DNA from: Catajapyx aquilonaris
Lineage: Eukaryota
Direction: 5' to 3'
DNA length: 64,000 nucleotides
Assembly: GCA_000934665.2 (NCBI GenBank)
Contig: KZ538264.1
Coordinates: forward strand, 1 to 64,000
Shown here piece by piece: positions 39,101 through 53,890 of the stretch; the first letter of the stretch is position 1, and every line of letters starts with the position of its first letter. The notes below the pieces were generated by a model. That model was not told where the DNA came from, did not search any database, and worked only from the letters and a program-made list of their open reading frames with translations. The translations under genes and the position numbers were made by a program.

Positions 39101-42100
39101 TGAGGGCCAGTAGCAGCCAGATAAAGACTCTAGGAGGATAATGTCACATAATTTAGTTTTCAAATATTTTGCATGATATTGGGGTTGTAGGTATATAACC
39201 TCAAGGAATGCGTCATGGTTAAATTGATTTTTATGCTGTGACATTTAGTGCGCACATCAGAGAGAGGCGGGGAAGTTACAGTATAAGCGTGGTGGAGTGC
39301 AAGTCATGGCACTCATGAATATATTAAAGCAGAAGCACTGTAATATCCGAGATATACCGGAAAGGTTGTCATGAGAAATCGTTAAAACAACTTTCCGGGA
39401 AACGTTGCTCTGCACATGTGTAATATTCATTCGAGTTAGCTGTAAAAACTATTCTGATGCATATTCTGAATAACACATCGATCGTTTCTGAGTTTCTGAC
39501 TGCCTGATTAGTAATTGTGGTGACGTCCAAAAGCCACCTTGTTTTGCCTTCTTCACGCAGACAATAGTAAATCTGAGGCCGGATAACGACGTTACTGGTT
39601 AATGATAGTAAGCTTAGTTGGTGCGGAGAATGAGGGTGTGATTTGGTTGGCCAAGTCATAGGCGCAGATAGATGGCCTCGCTAAGGTCGAAGGCCTCTTC
39701 CTGCCGCCTTAATCTTGGCATAATGAGGACGCGAGCTCCATGGGCCTAGGATAAATCTCCCAAATCGATGGCGTCATTATCTCCTGCCTGCTCCTTCCCC
39801 CTGCACATCCTCCTCCCCACCACCTTAGTCAAACGGAGCCAGTCCAATTTACATGGAATAGGACTCCTTCACGCATTTCAGCTGCCCAAAGACGTGACCC
39901 ACACTCGTCACTGTGCGATTACTATGCAGTGCGCAAACAGCAACTGCCGGTGGTGTACCGGACTCCAGACCCTCATAACTGCTAAGTAGGCCCAACCCCT
40001 ACAGGATATTCTGTACTCAGATGACCATCTCCACCACGCAGATGCTGGCCGGCACTATATATAGTCATAGTAGAAGTAGCCACTCGATTTTAACTTACGG
40101 CTTTGAATCATCTTTTCCATGTAAACAAGCTCATGAATCATACAGGAAGGGCTACTTTACCCACTTCGCTTGTCAAAGCAGACAAAAAAAGGTGTCACCA
40201 TTTAGAAATATTGTTTTCAGCAGGGATCCGGCAGCTATCCTAGGGGGTTTAATAATGCCATTTGTCAGACGGAGGGAAAAAAATAAGCAATAAAGATTTA
40301 CGGCTGCACGATTTATGCGCACTGTTACGTATGGTAATATTAGTATCGCTTAATAATGCAGAAAAAGGATGTTTCAACTTTTGGAGGGCAGCAAGGACAG
40401 TATTGCACTGTATGGAGGAAAAATGTATTTGGGTACTTACAAAATGTGTATGTGTCAAGCAATAACATGTTACAGGGAGTTCAATATACGGTTGCATTCA
40501 TATGTAGCTTAGCCACATATCGTACTTAAAGTAAAACAAACAGGCAGTTCCCTTAATTAATTTGCATAACGAACCTGTTTTCTCGGATGAAAGTCCAAAC
40601 AAGAGGAATAACAAGGTAATCAGAGGAACTTATAAGTATTTCATTTTAAAAATCTCGGCCCTTTTTGTTTGTGTTTCCGCAACCACCAAAAAAAATTGAG
40701 GGAGAGAGCGAAAAAGGGATGTAGGTTGGAAGCCTGTTTACGCTCGGATGAAAGAGGACAAACATGACAAAATCCAAAACAGAGGTCTTTGAAACACAAT
40801 TGGCCAACTTCATTACCGGAGCCGCATGCGTGAGGCTCAGATGTCATAGAACATCAAAACACATAAATACCCCCATTACAGTGTCCTGCACTTCCACTCG
40901 ATGTCTTTTTTACACACCCTTTTCTACACAGGTTTCACATGCGGCACCATAAAGAAGCGGGCATGTGTGTAATCAGAGCCCTCATGCAATTACGGTTATG
41001 CGGGTACTGGACTTATCACACGATTGATTTGAAATACCCTACATATAGCATATGTTGCATTAAAAAGACAGTCCAATTTTTACGAACTTTTGTTTTTAAA
41101 ACAATGCTCTCTCAACTGACCAGGAACTGAATGTATCGCTGATATTCAAATAAGCAAATAGGCTGTGGTCACGCGGGTGCCGCCATGTTTGTTACCGATC
41201 AAGGTGCCGCTATCTATGTGCTTAGTGTAAGTAAAAAAAATAATGGCCTTCCCAATGTAGCTTACCAGGATTTGAAACTCCAGATAATATCTCCCACCGC
41301 TATATATGTAGGCTATAGTGAGCTAAGCATCTGGCCAACACTAGAGCAATGATGGTTCCATCTCGCAATGTGAATTTTTCACTCCAACTTTTGCTCGACA
41401 ACATTGGATTTTCCCCCTCCTCTTTCTCCTGTATTTTTGGACCCATGGAGAGTGAGTGGGGTGGGTATAGGTGGAGGTTGCATTTCTCCCTGCATCTGCC
41501 ATGGACGTGGAGAATATCCCTGGAGCTGGGCGGAAAAGGAAGCGCGTAAATAATGTTTGGAGATCTTTCCAGGGCGTCTCTGCTTGCTGCCTATTTATCA
41601 GCAGTGGAGGCAGAGGCTTTTAAGAGGAGGTGTTGGTGTTGGTTTTGTGGATGGAAGACGGCGAGCAGATGCAGGCGAAGCTGATGGCGTCTGGCCCCGC
41701 CCACACAGATTTATGGGCACCCGACGCTACACAACTACCCCACCTATATATACACCCCCATCCTATACCCCCCCCCCCCCATCTCTTCTTCACATTACTA
41801 CCTTCGCTCCATGTTACACTGCATTTGCACATCATTTGCTTGGAAGTGATGAAGACGCGCGAGTGTTTATGCAGGAGATTGTTACGGCACAGTGCACACC
41901 GGGAAATCATATATGTTAATTCAAAACGACGTTGTTTCCATCAGTGAAAATTAATCGCCTGACTTAATTGGATAGAGTCGTGCCGAAACGCATCCGAACC
42001 ATACAATTTATTGGAACATGGATTCATTATTCGGTTCGTCGGTGCTGCATATTTTGGGCAATGTTACACGGGTTAAAAACTAATACAATTATTTAGTATT

Positions 42101-45100
42101 GAAATATTAAAGCATGGGAAAATGTGAGCGACACGCAAGAACAACTTTTCAACAAATTTATCTACCTCAAACCTTTCAGTATTTGGCGGGGATAGAGGCT
42201 GGTCAAGTCGTGTTTGCGGACCAGTACTACGAGTGAAACTCCGGATATTCTAGACGGGTTAAAATAATGGAGCACAATAGCAGGGTTTTCTCGCCGCTAA
42301 AATCGACTTTTCCTTCTTCCTCCGGCACGAACTGTTAAAATTTTCCAACGGGTGTGTCCTGGCTCTTCCTTCTCTTTCGTGCAGAAATCTCCACAATTTT
42401 CCTGCGAAACTTCAGGCGGAATAATAAAATTGGGAAATTCTCATCCCGTTTTCCACGGCGAAGTTGATTCGCACGCAGTATTCACGAGCCTAGGAAAAGC
42501 CCTTACACTCTTCCCTCCTATTTTTTCTCTCTCTCTCTCTCCCTCCCTCCCTCTTCCCACTTCCTCCCCATCCCATCCCACCCCTGCATTTGCTAGGCCG
42601 AACCCTTTATTTTCCCTTTCACGTCCGATGCGCCCCGCCCAAGCCAAAAATTTATTCCACCTTCCCCGCCCCCAAAATCCGGAGCAGAATCGATGTTTTC
42701 AACATCCCAGGTCTATTGAGGGATGCAGGAAGCAAACAGTATGCAAATGCCATCTTCCCCCTTCACAGCCACAGTATAATTAATCGCCGCGACTTTTGCG
42801 AGCCCGTCTCGTTTGCTATGCTCGAAATCATTTTGCAAAAATATAGGGAATGGAGGAAGGGAGAGAGGGGGGGGGGGGAGAAAGGAGGGATGTTTATTGT
42901 CCCTCTCCCTCCCCCTCGTATTCTGGATGCATCATGACCGCAAAGCACCGTCACCAATCCTGGCACGCCAAGGGGTGTCAAGCGTGCTATTCACTTCCCA
43001 AGCCTCGTCGCCTGATTGTTTCAACGCGTACCTTTTTTTCACCAGCAGCGGGTGTGGATCAAATACTCGTTTCAGCTTTTTCAGTTTTAATGATGGCTTA
43101 TTAGCAGTTGAAAATAATTTAATGGCGCGTTCAAACAACACTTTTTTTTGTTAAAAAATGTAAATGAGATTGCATAATATAGTAATTGATGCACGGAATT
43201 TATTTAAAATGTGTGGAGAGCGCACATTCCTGTAATGGACAGTCTTGGCATGGCCGCCAGATAATTTTATCTGAGAAAGCTCGTTTGTCGGCCAGGCAGG
43301 CGAGGTTGAGGGACGGTGAGATGGGTGATCTTGGGGTGGCAGCGGAGGCCAGAGCGGGATGAGTCTATAAATCAAGAGTGGAGCCTGTTGGGATAGATAT
43401 CGGTGATCCAAGAGACAGCCCAAACGAGGGAGTATGAGTTCCGTGTACTAATCGGCACGTGACATGGATAAACAAACAGGGCGCGGAATAAACAAGCTTT
43501 AAACCCCACCAAAGCCAATTGTACAACAAATGAGCTGCTCCATTATGGCTATTAGGATCTGATCGATCACACGCCGTCATTAACATCGCAATCAACCTAG
43601 TGGGCACTGGCCAACTCATGACAGGAATACAGCCTACAGTATATAGGCGCAGTACACATATAGAAAGGAAGAGATCGTGAAGGACTACAGGCAAGTAATT
43701 CGTGATGAGAGGAGGCTCAGCTCATACAAGATGCATGGGAAGCTGGAGAAGTAGAGGACAAGGCGCACGAAAGGGATTTAACCGCTGGATAACTTCCAAA
43801 AGGATTCTCTTGAGGCAGGGTATATCAGTTATCTTCATACAAGCTCCGGAAATGGAAAGCTCATTTCGAGCGTTTATTTCGGTAGAGAAATGGCTGCTTC
43901 TTAGTATCCTCCAGGGATGAGATGTGCAGAACTGATTTGCACTGCCTTTTTAAGTAAGAGTACGTGCCTAGAGCAAGAACAGCCTTGCTGTTAAACATTT
44001 GAGGGCCTAAAAATCCAGATAACAAAAACCATATCACAGAGTGGAGTTGGCATACCGAAGGAGTCAGCCCCTGTGTTTTTTTCGTGTCTGAAAAGCACAC
44101 CTAATAATTCCAAGCCCAGTAATTATTAGATGTCATTCAGCGTGCCCGCGAGCGTGAAGCCACATGTGATTCCGGGAGTATTTCACAGTCTATAAATAAT
44201 GTCCTCTTGATCAAAAGCCCTCTTCCCTTGTCACCTGCCACCGGCATATTAACGCGACCTTATTAACGTTTTTTTTCTCTCTCCCCACCCATCCCGTCAA
44301 CCATGGGAAACCAAGCCTAACCTTTAGGAACGAGTTGTAAAGCACTCGGTTGGGAATTAATTTTTTCCCCCTACCAGGGAATACGATGACTTTCATAATC
44401 CAGACCACCCGTTTTTTTAATTGACTAGAGGGTTGTGTTTGTCAGTAAAAGCTTACAAACCCTGTCACTTTAACATCCTTTTCCATCCCTTTAAAGAGTG
44501 CAGCCTCCGATACCTGACTGCAAAAGAGAGGCTTTTTTCTCCTTCCTCTGCCTCAAGTCGGTAGAAGTCGTCCTCATTTGCATGCATTATACCGACGGAA
44601 AGAAGATTCATCGTTGTTAGACTCTGCCGTTAGAAGAGAAAAATTAGTCATACTTAAGCGGATTCTGGGCAAGCTTAGGGAAGAGTAGCGTTCATCACCA
44701 ATCGCGCTGAGACATTTTCTCTTCACTCTTCAACGCCTTTTCGATACTCCAAACTTTTTTCTGGGTGACATAGGAAAAATGACTCCCCCATTCTTTAAAG
44801 GAAGCCGCCAGCAGGAAGGATTAAAAACAAGTGGTGGCTTCCTCCAGAGTGGCCCCCTTTAGGGTGTTTCTTTTTCAGCCGCACACCCCATCCCAATTGC
44901 TCGTTTGGAAACTGCTCTGGGTCGGGGTGGGGCTTGGTGGTTACGTTGGTCTACCCCTCCCCCAGCCCCACCCCAAAAAACCGCCCCATTGCAAACCCCC
45001 TCAGCATCAGAGACCTGGACAAGTTCCAGGCTTCCCATTAAAGGCCTCCATGGATGTTAATTAGGAGGGGATTATTCGGGATTTCAGTGCTAGCTGGAAA

Positions 45101-48100
45101 TCACTTGTCCCCACCGCAAAAATGAGCCCCTCCCCCTCTCCGACCTACTAATGCCAGCAGCAGGTGATTTTGGCCACCATTACCTCTTCGACATACCTCA
45201 ACACAGCCAGTAACCAATACGACTATATTGTTCTACTAACCAGGAAGCATGTTGTGCACGCACTTTTTTGAGTGCTAACAACCACACGGCGAATGGTACC
45301 GTCCACTCTGGTCTGTAGCACGTTGCTCCGGTGGTAAAGCCAGTTGAGTATTAGAGGACTAACTTTACTGAAAGTGCAGGTGTTACGGCTTATAAATGGC
45401 CAGTTCCTTCAAAGAAACAGTGTCCATAGCGTGCTAAACTGAGCGAGAGAGCGGATTACTGAACTGAGGCAACTGAGGCCACAAGTGCAGAGAGGGGAGA
45501 ATCAGGATAAAATTAACACAAACACATCATAAAACTAGGGGAACATTTCCATATGAAAGTCAGAAGAGGGGTGCTTATGGCTCTGACTCGTCGCCATGTA
45601 CAGTGTTGCCACTTTTATAGAGTGGGGCGAATTTGCCGCAGTCCAGGAGTATATGAATTTATTTTCCGGTTTTTTGCACGTTATTTGGAACTGTAGGCAT
45701 GTGCTGTTGAACCTAAACATCAGCCTGCTATGGAATTAGCTCCACATTTTAATATTACACCAGCACTTCTCCAATCCTGTTTTATCGGGTAGCCTCTATA
45801 TGTCAGGGGTCATACCACTTCAAAGCTAATTTGAACGAGAGTTATGTTTCCAAAAATGGAGTACATAATAGATGCGGGTACTGGGAAGCTATTCTTACTA
45901 TAACAACCGGGTGTGGGCTAAATATAAGCGGACCTCAAATTATGTCCCTCCACTTACAAATCTGTCGAGCTTGGACAATGGGCTCAAAGAGCATGTTACA
46001 GCGGTCCAGTATCACCCTTTGATGCCGAGATAGAAGTGAACAAAACTGCCCCACCCCCCACTTTTTTTCATGAACATCCTCCCTTTAGTACAAAAAATCC
46101 CATGCGTGACAAGGACTGGAAGAGTCCGGAAAGGGCCGCCGGGATAATAATAATGAAAACTGCATGGTCGTAATGCAAATGTGTCCGCTGCAGTTCCCAG
46201 TGAGCAGACTAAACTACCTGCAGCCACTTTTTCAACATGGCCTCAAACTTTCTCAGGTTGTCCTACCCATAACCCCTGTCACACACACTCCCATCTCGCA
46301 CGATGCTGACAGGAATAAGCACACTCATTTTGCACATCTAATTAACGCTGTCCGATGTGTCAATTATGTGCAGCAGGTTCATTAGAGCATATGTTGGAAC
46401 GATAATATTCACGCAGCATTGTTATTATTGTTATCATCATGTGCATGTTGTTGCGTACGTATAATACGTATGTTAATTGTATGTATAATTTCAGTGCTTC
46501 TGTTTGAAACATTCCAGGTGCGATAGGGATAACAGGTGGCCATGTTGGAGTGATGCACCAGCCTTAAAAAAGGAACCTGGTAGGCAATAGAGGAGTAAAG
46601 CCCCTTAGGTGTGAGTAGGACAAGGAAAAAGGTTACGAACAAGTAGCTTAGAAGGTGCGAGATGAGGGGCTTAATGGAGAGAGACGCTCACAAATGGCGG
46701 CCGCCAATCTCCATCCTCCACTCCATGGTTCCAGGCAAGAAATGAAGGCGGCTGGAGGCCACCCAAAGCCCTCTCCTTTTCCTCCTCTCACCTGATGGAT
46801 CGCCGCCCTCTTATCAAACTTGAAATATTGAGACAGCTGGCCGCCCTCAACAAATGAGCCGCAACTAATCCCTCACATCCACGGGCTTCGGCCACAACAG
46901 CTGCCAAAACGTCATCACTTTCCTATATACCCACACACAACGCCATCATTCTATTCAACTCTGGCCACCTAGTCACGCGCAGGTTCAAATATACAGGTAA
47001 CATTTTCCATGGGGTATAGGGGTCTTATAGCCTTTTCGGTTGGGTCAACCGCAAGTCAAAGCCGAACGAAATTCGTACCTTTGCTACGTGTCAGGCTGGG
47101 ATCAAGAGTGTGGGAAAAAAATAGAAGAGAGAGAGAAAAATACAGGCAGAAAGATAAAGCCAAGGCGGCAGCCATTATGGCTTAGTTGATAGATTGGAGG
47201 TCGCGGAAGCAGAACAAAAGACGGTCGCACTCGGCTGGAATCTCAAATGGAGGCTGAGTCCTTGGACATGTCTCGTTTGAATGGAATAAGAGTCTACCTT
47301 CAGCTTTCCTTTCCACGCACGTAACTCTTTTACCTGCGGACTTGGCGCGAATAAGATCGGTGGGGCTGACGTTACTGGGACCACCACCCATGTTGAAATA
47401 GCCCAGGGGTAGGAATGGTGGCAGAAAACGTCATGTCACCGAATGCACACTACACACTCGGGTAGACTTTAATGTAACGTCCGTTTTATATTAGGTAATT
47501 TGTAAACAGTAGCTTAACCCAGAGTCCTATATGTAGGACACTTGCACAAAAATGTTAGATTTTCAGCTATTGTGTCAGTTGTTCATTTAAAAAAATAAAC
47601 TAAAAATAATTCAGCCATATCTGACGATCTGACTTTCAGCCCCGCCTTCACCACTGCGCATGCTCAGAAAACACGGCTGGTGTGACGTCAGATCGTTCTT
47701 TCGCTAAAATGGCCAAATTACTGTAGGCAAAGTGTACTGTAATGTGACTACAGAGAGGTCACTGAATAAGATCGTAACAGCTTGGATGTGCTTTTTTGGA
47801 GTTCTGGCTGATATGGATGACACAAAGGTACGGGGCAACCGGTGGGACATTTAATGGACATCCCCCTGCGAGCAATTAAACACAATGTGAAAAAAGCCGC
47901 AAAACGGAGCCGGTCACAATGGATGATTATCTGCAGTGTTCGGGGGAGGTCTTTGTACGGGCGTATCCACCTCCTTAAACATTCTGCGGAAACCGGGCAC
48001 AAATCAGCCAACACTCCCAGCTCCCGGATATGCAAATGCGACTTGCCTCAGACTCAGGAAATAATAACGCTCGCATAGTACATACACTGCAGGCGTGTAT

Positions 48101-49665
48101 CCCAGGAGCTGTAAATCTGCCGGAAGTTCCGGATGAGGCCCGTGCTAATTGGCCTCCTCTGTCCGGGGCACAGTTTCTCTTTTCATAGAAAAGAGAGGGT
48201 TTTAAAGAGAAGGAAAAGGTTTCCATCAACCCGACCCTGATTTCCATTCCGTACTTTTTTTCCGTTATGCAAAATGCAACTGGGAGTCGGCTCATTTGAA
48301 TACAATTTTTTACATCAGTTTTTTTGTGTGTAGACAAGTGCAGGTACACGGAATAACTAGCCTCAGAGAGCAATGAAGCGTTGTAGGTTTGTATTTTCAG
48401 GTCGATGTGCGGATTTTGATCCGGTTTGCTTTTGACCCCTGCCAGAGTTTTTTTTTTGGGGGGGGGGGGGTGCTGGTTTGTGTGTGCGAGTGAGCGTATT
48501 TGGTGGCCTGGCTCGACCGAAAACCTGTCCACAGCAGACTCATTTTTTATGGATACGTTGCACTAGGTTTTTTGTGTGCTGAAAAGATAAAAAGCAATGG
48601 AACGCACACTAGGGTCACCTGAAGGCCCACAAATCTATCCAAAGTTTTTGCAAGAGTATAAGGCGATTCCCGATTGTTCTGATCCGACATTATTTACTAC
48701 TTTCAAACGCCATATTTTAGTACCTAAATGTCATCTGGCATTACGAGGAACCTGCTCCTTTAAAAAAAAAACAAAACGGGTTTCCTGAGAGCAAACGGGT
48801 GCTACAGGGTCGTATAAAGGAAATGAGATTAGACTGGCGAAACAAATTCAGTTGGGGGAAAAGGCCCCAAACATCCCATCCGAGGATTCCACCTGGAGGT
48901 TTTGTAATTGGAGACGCAGGGACGATCTTTTGGCTAGTTTCGGGTCCTTCCATCCCAACCCTTGCATCCTCCACCCTCAGTCGCTCTGGTATTTTCCAAA
49001 AAAAAAAAAAAAAACAGGGACAGAAAAACAGTGAGTGCAGGCGACGTTCAATCGATTCAGAAAACGAAACTGCGGCAAAAAAAAAAAAAACACATCGGAT
49101 TTTCCTCTCATTTTTTTGTGGCTCCCTGGTGCATTGTTGCGTTTACAAGAAGGGAGCGGTACTGCCGCCTGCAAATTACTAATTTAGCCTTTCTGCTTGT
49201 TTTTAAGTTGTGCCAACCAGCGGAAGACATTTGCAGCCAGCGTTGGCCAATTATGGAAATTATGTTCCTGTCTTCAAGCACTGTAGCGAAAGGTGAGGCG
49301 GACTGCTGTTACGGCGAGGTAGGGCCAGTAATGCGACTTTTGAACGAATTAACTACACGGCATGTACTCTAGGGAGTTGCAGGGACAGAGACAAATGAAA
49401 CGCGCTTTATACGGGCCAATCTTTTACAGAGGGAGGTGTTCCCTGTCGCGCTGGGATTATTACCTACCGCATATTATTTTGTTTGTGAAACAAGCAATTA
49501 TGCATTGTCAGTTTTGCTTCTTCCGAGTGGGTGAGCTCGTTTCTTGCCTAAGAGCTTCTGGACTTTAAAAAAAGTTAAGTGCTGCTTGGGGCTCAACAAT
49601 TAATGACAAATAGGGATACTGCCAAGGACAAGAGTAATAAAAGACACTAACAACGCTAATGTGTA

Positions 49666-49867
49666 CTATGGCCCAAATAAAGATTGTCGCGGGCAAGTCG
49701 GAGGTTATCCTGGCTTGGATGCAACCCGTTGCACAAGTGTGCATTGTGTGTGTCCACAAAGACAGCTAAGGAGGCTCCGATGCCGAGCAAAGCAGATACA
49801 AGCAACACACATCTGTGCAATGGGTTGCATCCAAGCCAGGATGCGACAATCCTTTTTTGGGTGATAG
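49666..49867. mobile_element. Palindromic TA-flanked MITE
   Basis: Long imperfect arms (CTAT..CCCAAA.AA.GATTGTCGC, ATCCTGGCTTGGATGCAACCC.TTGCACA) with a 16-nt insertion in the left arm. TA at 49664-49665 and 49868-49869. Confidence 0.8.
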
Positions 49868-52800
49868 TACACATGGTACACCCACAAAAATTACAGAAAT
49901 ATGAGTTTTATAAACCTTTCATCCTATTTTGTTTTTAAAAGCTTTCAGACATGGAGCTAAAAACATTCTAGTAAGAAACCAAAGTGCCACGAAATCAGTT
50001 GGAAGTGATCTGATAAAGAAAAGCCAGGGGATGAAGCGGTCAAAGTTAGACGTTCCCAACAGCAAAAAACCACTTGGACTTTGCCAAGAAAAAGAAGGAA
50101 AAAACCGCTCCGCACAAAAGAAGTAGCAGCGAAGGAAGACGATTTTGGTTCAGGTAAGTACAGCCTCTGTCTGCTTCACCTGTTCCACCTCCTCCCCTTA
50201 TTCTTGCTCCCATCTCGGGGTGTGCCCCTCCCTTTCCCTTCCGGATAGCTCCTTTCACCCACCCCCGCTGCTTCTTTCTTTTTCGAAGCAGACGTCCCGA
50301 CGGAACCGCGTTGCTGTAATTTATTCGCGGTCTCGGCGGGGGATTTCTTTAACAAATTTGGCCACAGGAAGGAAGTCGCTCCCTACTATGTTAGCCTGCT
50401 AACTCTTCCACCCACCCCTAGGCCTGGCACAAAAATAGAGTTTGCATTCGTTCTTTCTAATGGAACTCTTTAATAAGTAATTAATTTTCATAACTAATGG
50501 AAAAATCCTCCCATGCATTAAACAAAACTCAGCTGCTCTTCAAGAGGAAAACGTTATGTCAATATTACTCGAGGCAAGAAAATAAAAAGAACATTTCATC
50601 AGGAAGACAACTTGTGAAACTGCCATCAGAAAGTTACTTCACCACACCAGCAGATGCATTTCTGAAATGTGGAGCTTATTGCCAATATCTTAGAACGAAA
50701 TAAAGTGATCATATGCACTCATTACCCCATTTGCAATTTCCTTTTTAATTTCTCTCAAGTGATGACGACTGTAGGTATATAGCGACGTCTCATACATGTA
50801 AACCTATATTTCAAATTCCATCATCATAATTCAGGTTCCTGCCTTCCCTGAAAGTCTTATTATCATCAGCTCAATTCTGTCATTAGTTAGAGCTGATATG
50901 TGACCTTTTGCTAAAGTTGGCTTCATACGTATTCCACTTTTTTTGCCCAGGCAGACGCTCTCCAAATGGTGGGAAAAAAAGGCTCAGTCACGCTAATTGG
51001 TGCGCTAAATAAACTCACACTAGTTCCACTCTCGCTTCTGCTGGCACATTAATTCCAAAGTTATTCGGTCGGGCATCATTGAAACGGGGCGTGAAGTATA
51101 CTGTATTTATCACAAGCTATTTGTTATACAAAATCGATCAGGAATCGGTTGCTACAAATTACGGTTTGCATTCTCGTAATTAGTGCTAGTCCAGGGAATT
51201 GACCCGAGTCGAGCCAGCAGCTGTAGCAGTCCCATCAGTAGCTTTCATAATTACAAGCCGGTCGGCTGAAAAGTCGCTTGTCCGTGAAATGTTTCCTTTC
51301 CAGCCCAAAAAACCGGGGAATCTGAATGGCCGTGACCGGCAGCAGCAGCAGCAGGACAACACAACACAACCGGCACCACAAAACAATATCATCGACAGCA
51401 CAACAAATGCATTAAGTTGGGAGCAGCGCGGTGCCAATGGAGCGTGGTTCCAGCCCCGACCCTCTCTGTTAACCCAAAATAATACACGAGCACGTTGTTC
51501 ATACACTCTCTCGTCATTATCTCCGACTCTATTCACTTCCTTTGTTGCTCCATAATTTATGTGCTCTCATGCTGGGTACAGGCCAGATTGTTGGGTTTTA
51601 GCTTTGCAAATAGACGCTACTTTGGACACAAATGGTGCAGATGCTGCCAGCAATGTTGGCATTTTTCATGAGCGCATTGTGTCACTGGCTCCAGGAGAAA
51701 TGTGTACCTTTTACAGCCTTATTCAAACGCACTGATGTGGTCTCTACCTGACCCGGAAGCCTACGTAACGAGCATGGTGCATAACTTGCCTTTTGCTAAC
51801 ATTGCGGAAATGGCTGCAGCATTTCAAAAGGTCATAAAGGCAGTAGGCGCGTGTGTGTGGGTGTGGTGCACTTCAGAGGAAACGGTAAAGAGAGGTAGAG
51901 AAAAAGTTGAGAGCTGGCAAACTCGTCGTTTGCCTAATCCTCCGGTAAAGTGTGACGCCCAGGCAAGCGGCTCAACTATAACGAAATTACTGCCATCCGT
52001 CTGATGTGTGTGCGAAAATCCTCTGCGCCGCTCCGGAAATGATGGATGATGGAGATTATTGCCCCAGGGGGAGATACTGGGGGGGAGCCCGCAGCCAGAT
52101 ACCAACCTTACCTCTCCGGGGGAAACTCTTCCGGACATTTTCCCCGCGCTCACTTTTTTACTCCCTGCCTGTGGTCGGGGGAATTCCCCAAAAGCCAGCA
52201 ACTCCAGCTCAGATGAAGAAACTTTTCTCTCAGCCAACCGCCACTCCACATACATTCCGTCCACTTTTTTTTATACTTCACTTCTTGCATGAAGCTACCC
52301 CCCTCGCTTGACCGATGGTGACAGAGTGCAATGTCGTGTTGTGTGCCCAGAGCACTTTGTCAACACCGGCAAATTGCCAAATCATAACTCCATCCCCAAG
52401 CCCAGTGCTAATCTGGGAGTTAGGACGCGTTCTAGTTGGGACAAGGTTTAGAAAAAGAAGGGCGTTAGATGCAAGGCAGCAGCTTCCGATTGACTAATTA
52501 AGGAGGGTGCTACCTCGCCGACAAGTGATGAAACGTCGCTAATGAATATTCCAGCAGATATCCGTCTTTCCCGATCCTGTGTCAGCAAGGATTCCTCTAG
52601 GCCATTGTCGATCTTTCAAGCCGCCTTGTCACATTTCTCTCAGCGAGCCTATGCTAGCAGGCTATGAAATAAAAAGCAAAGTCGGATTTGTTGGTTGGCC
52701 CTATGCTTTGGATTCAAAGACTCCAGAGACTTCCTCCCTTTTCTACCAGTCCAAAATTTGGCCAAGAAACCTTTTCGCCTCCACTGAGGCGTAAAGAAAA

Positions 52801-53659
52801 GCAAAAGAAATAAGATTTCAAATGCGGCCTTCTCTAGCTGATGGAGGGTGGATGGAGGTTACAATACCTGCCCATATCTATCTTTCAGGCCAAACTTTTA
52901 TAATGCTTCCATTTACTGATGGTATGCATGAAAACAATGTTGGGGGGAGAGACAAAGATGGTATGGATATAATGCCTCTTCTTTTTGGTTCTAAAGATAA
53001 TCCGAGAGGCTCCTCGTTTCTGGGAGGTAATGAAGCGCCTAGAGTGAATTTTTTATTCGTCAAATTCTTTCCAACCGATGGAGTTAGAAACAAGAATTTC
53101 CTTCAGCTCGATATTCCCCACCTAAATTATGCGGACTCGCTAAAATTTCAGAGTCCGGAAGACAGTTGGGTATTACTTATTGCTTCTCGTTCAAATAGCG
53201 AGGAGTGAGAAAAGAGAAATATTGTTTTATGGTTTCTCACTGACTTTCCATAGTGGCTAGGAATCGGATATTTAAATACTTAATACCATTCACGGAATAT
53301 AATCATCAATGTGTTGTGGGTATAAAGCCATGCAGCATATATGCACGTGTTCATTTGGAACAAAGTGAACTGTGTGAAGGCAAGCGGAGGTCAACATGAC
53401 CAGGGAGCAAAAAAGTGATTTCGGCTTTCTCGACCGCTCACAACTCGAGCAATTATGGGGAAAGTAATTGCAAGGCTAGCTATTACAGCACGACTGATTT
53501 ACTCTGGCACATATGCAAACTCGGGCTGCGTGATATCAAAAAAATTACGTCAATATCCCCGTTGCTGAGGGTAATGAGATTCTGTTTACTTCCTATCCAC
53601 AGCTACACCCACTTCACATGATTGTTCTGCCTCATCTCGTAAAAGTCATCTCTCTATGG

Positions 53660-53890
53660 CAGTGCTTCCCAATTTCTTTTGTTGGCACCCCAAAAAATCG
53701 TCTTGTAAAATTTGCGACCACCTATATGTGCACATTTCGATCGCCCAACATGAAAAGACAGGTAAACTGTAAAATGACCTTACCTTATGGTCATGATTTC
53801 CAAGAAAGATATAATCATTTTGTGAAAATAATTTGTTACCCTCCTTCGCGACCCCAAATGGGGTCGCGACCCACAATTTGGGAAGCACTG
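53660..53890. mobile_element. hAT (Charlie-like) MITE
   Basis: 13-bp perfect TIR CAGTGCTTCCCAA, 8-bp TSD CTCTATGG / CTCTACGG, and a subterminal GGGTCGCGACCC palindrome. Confidence 0.9.
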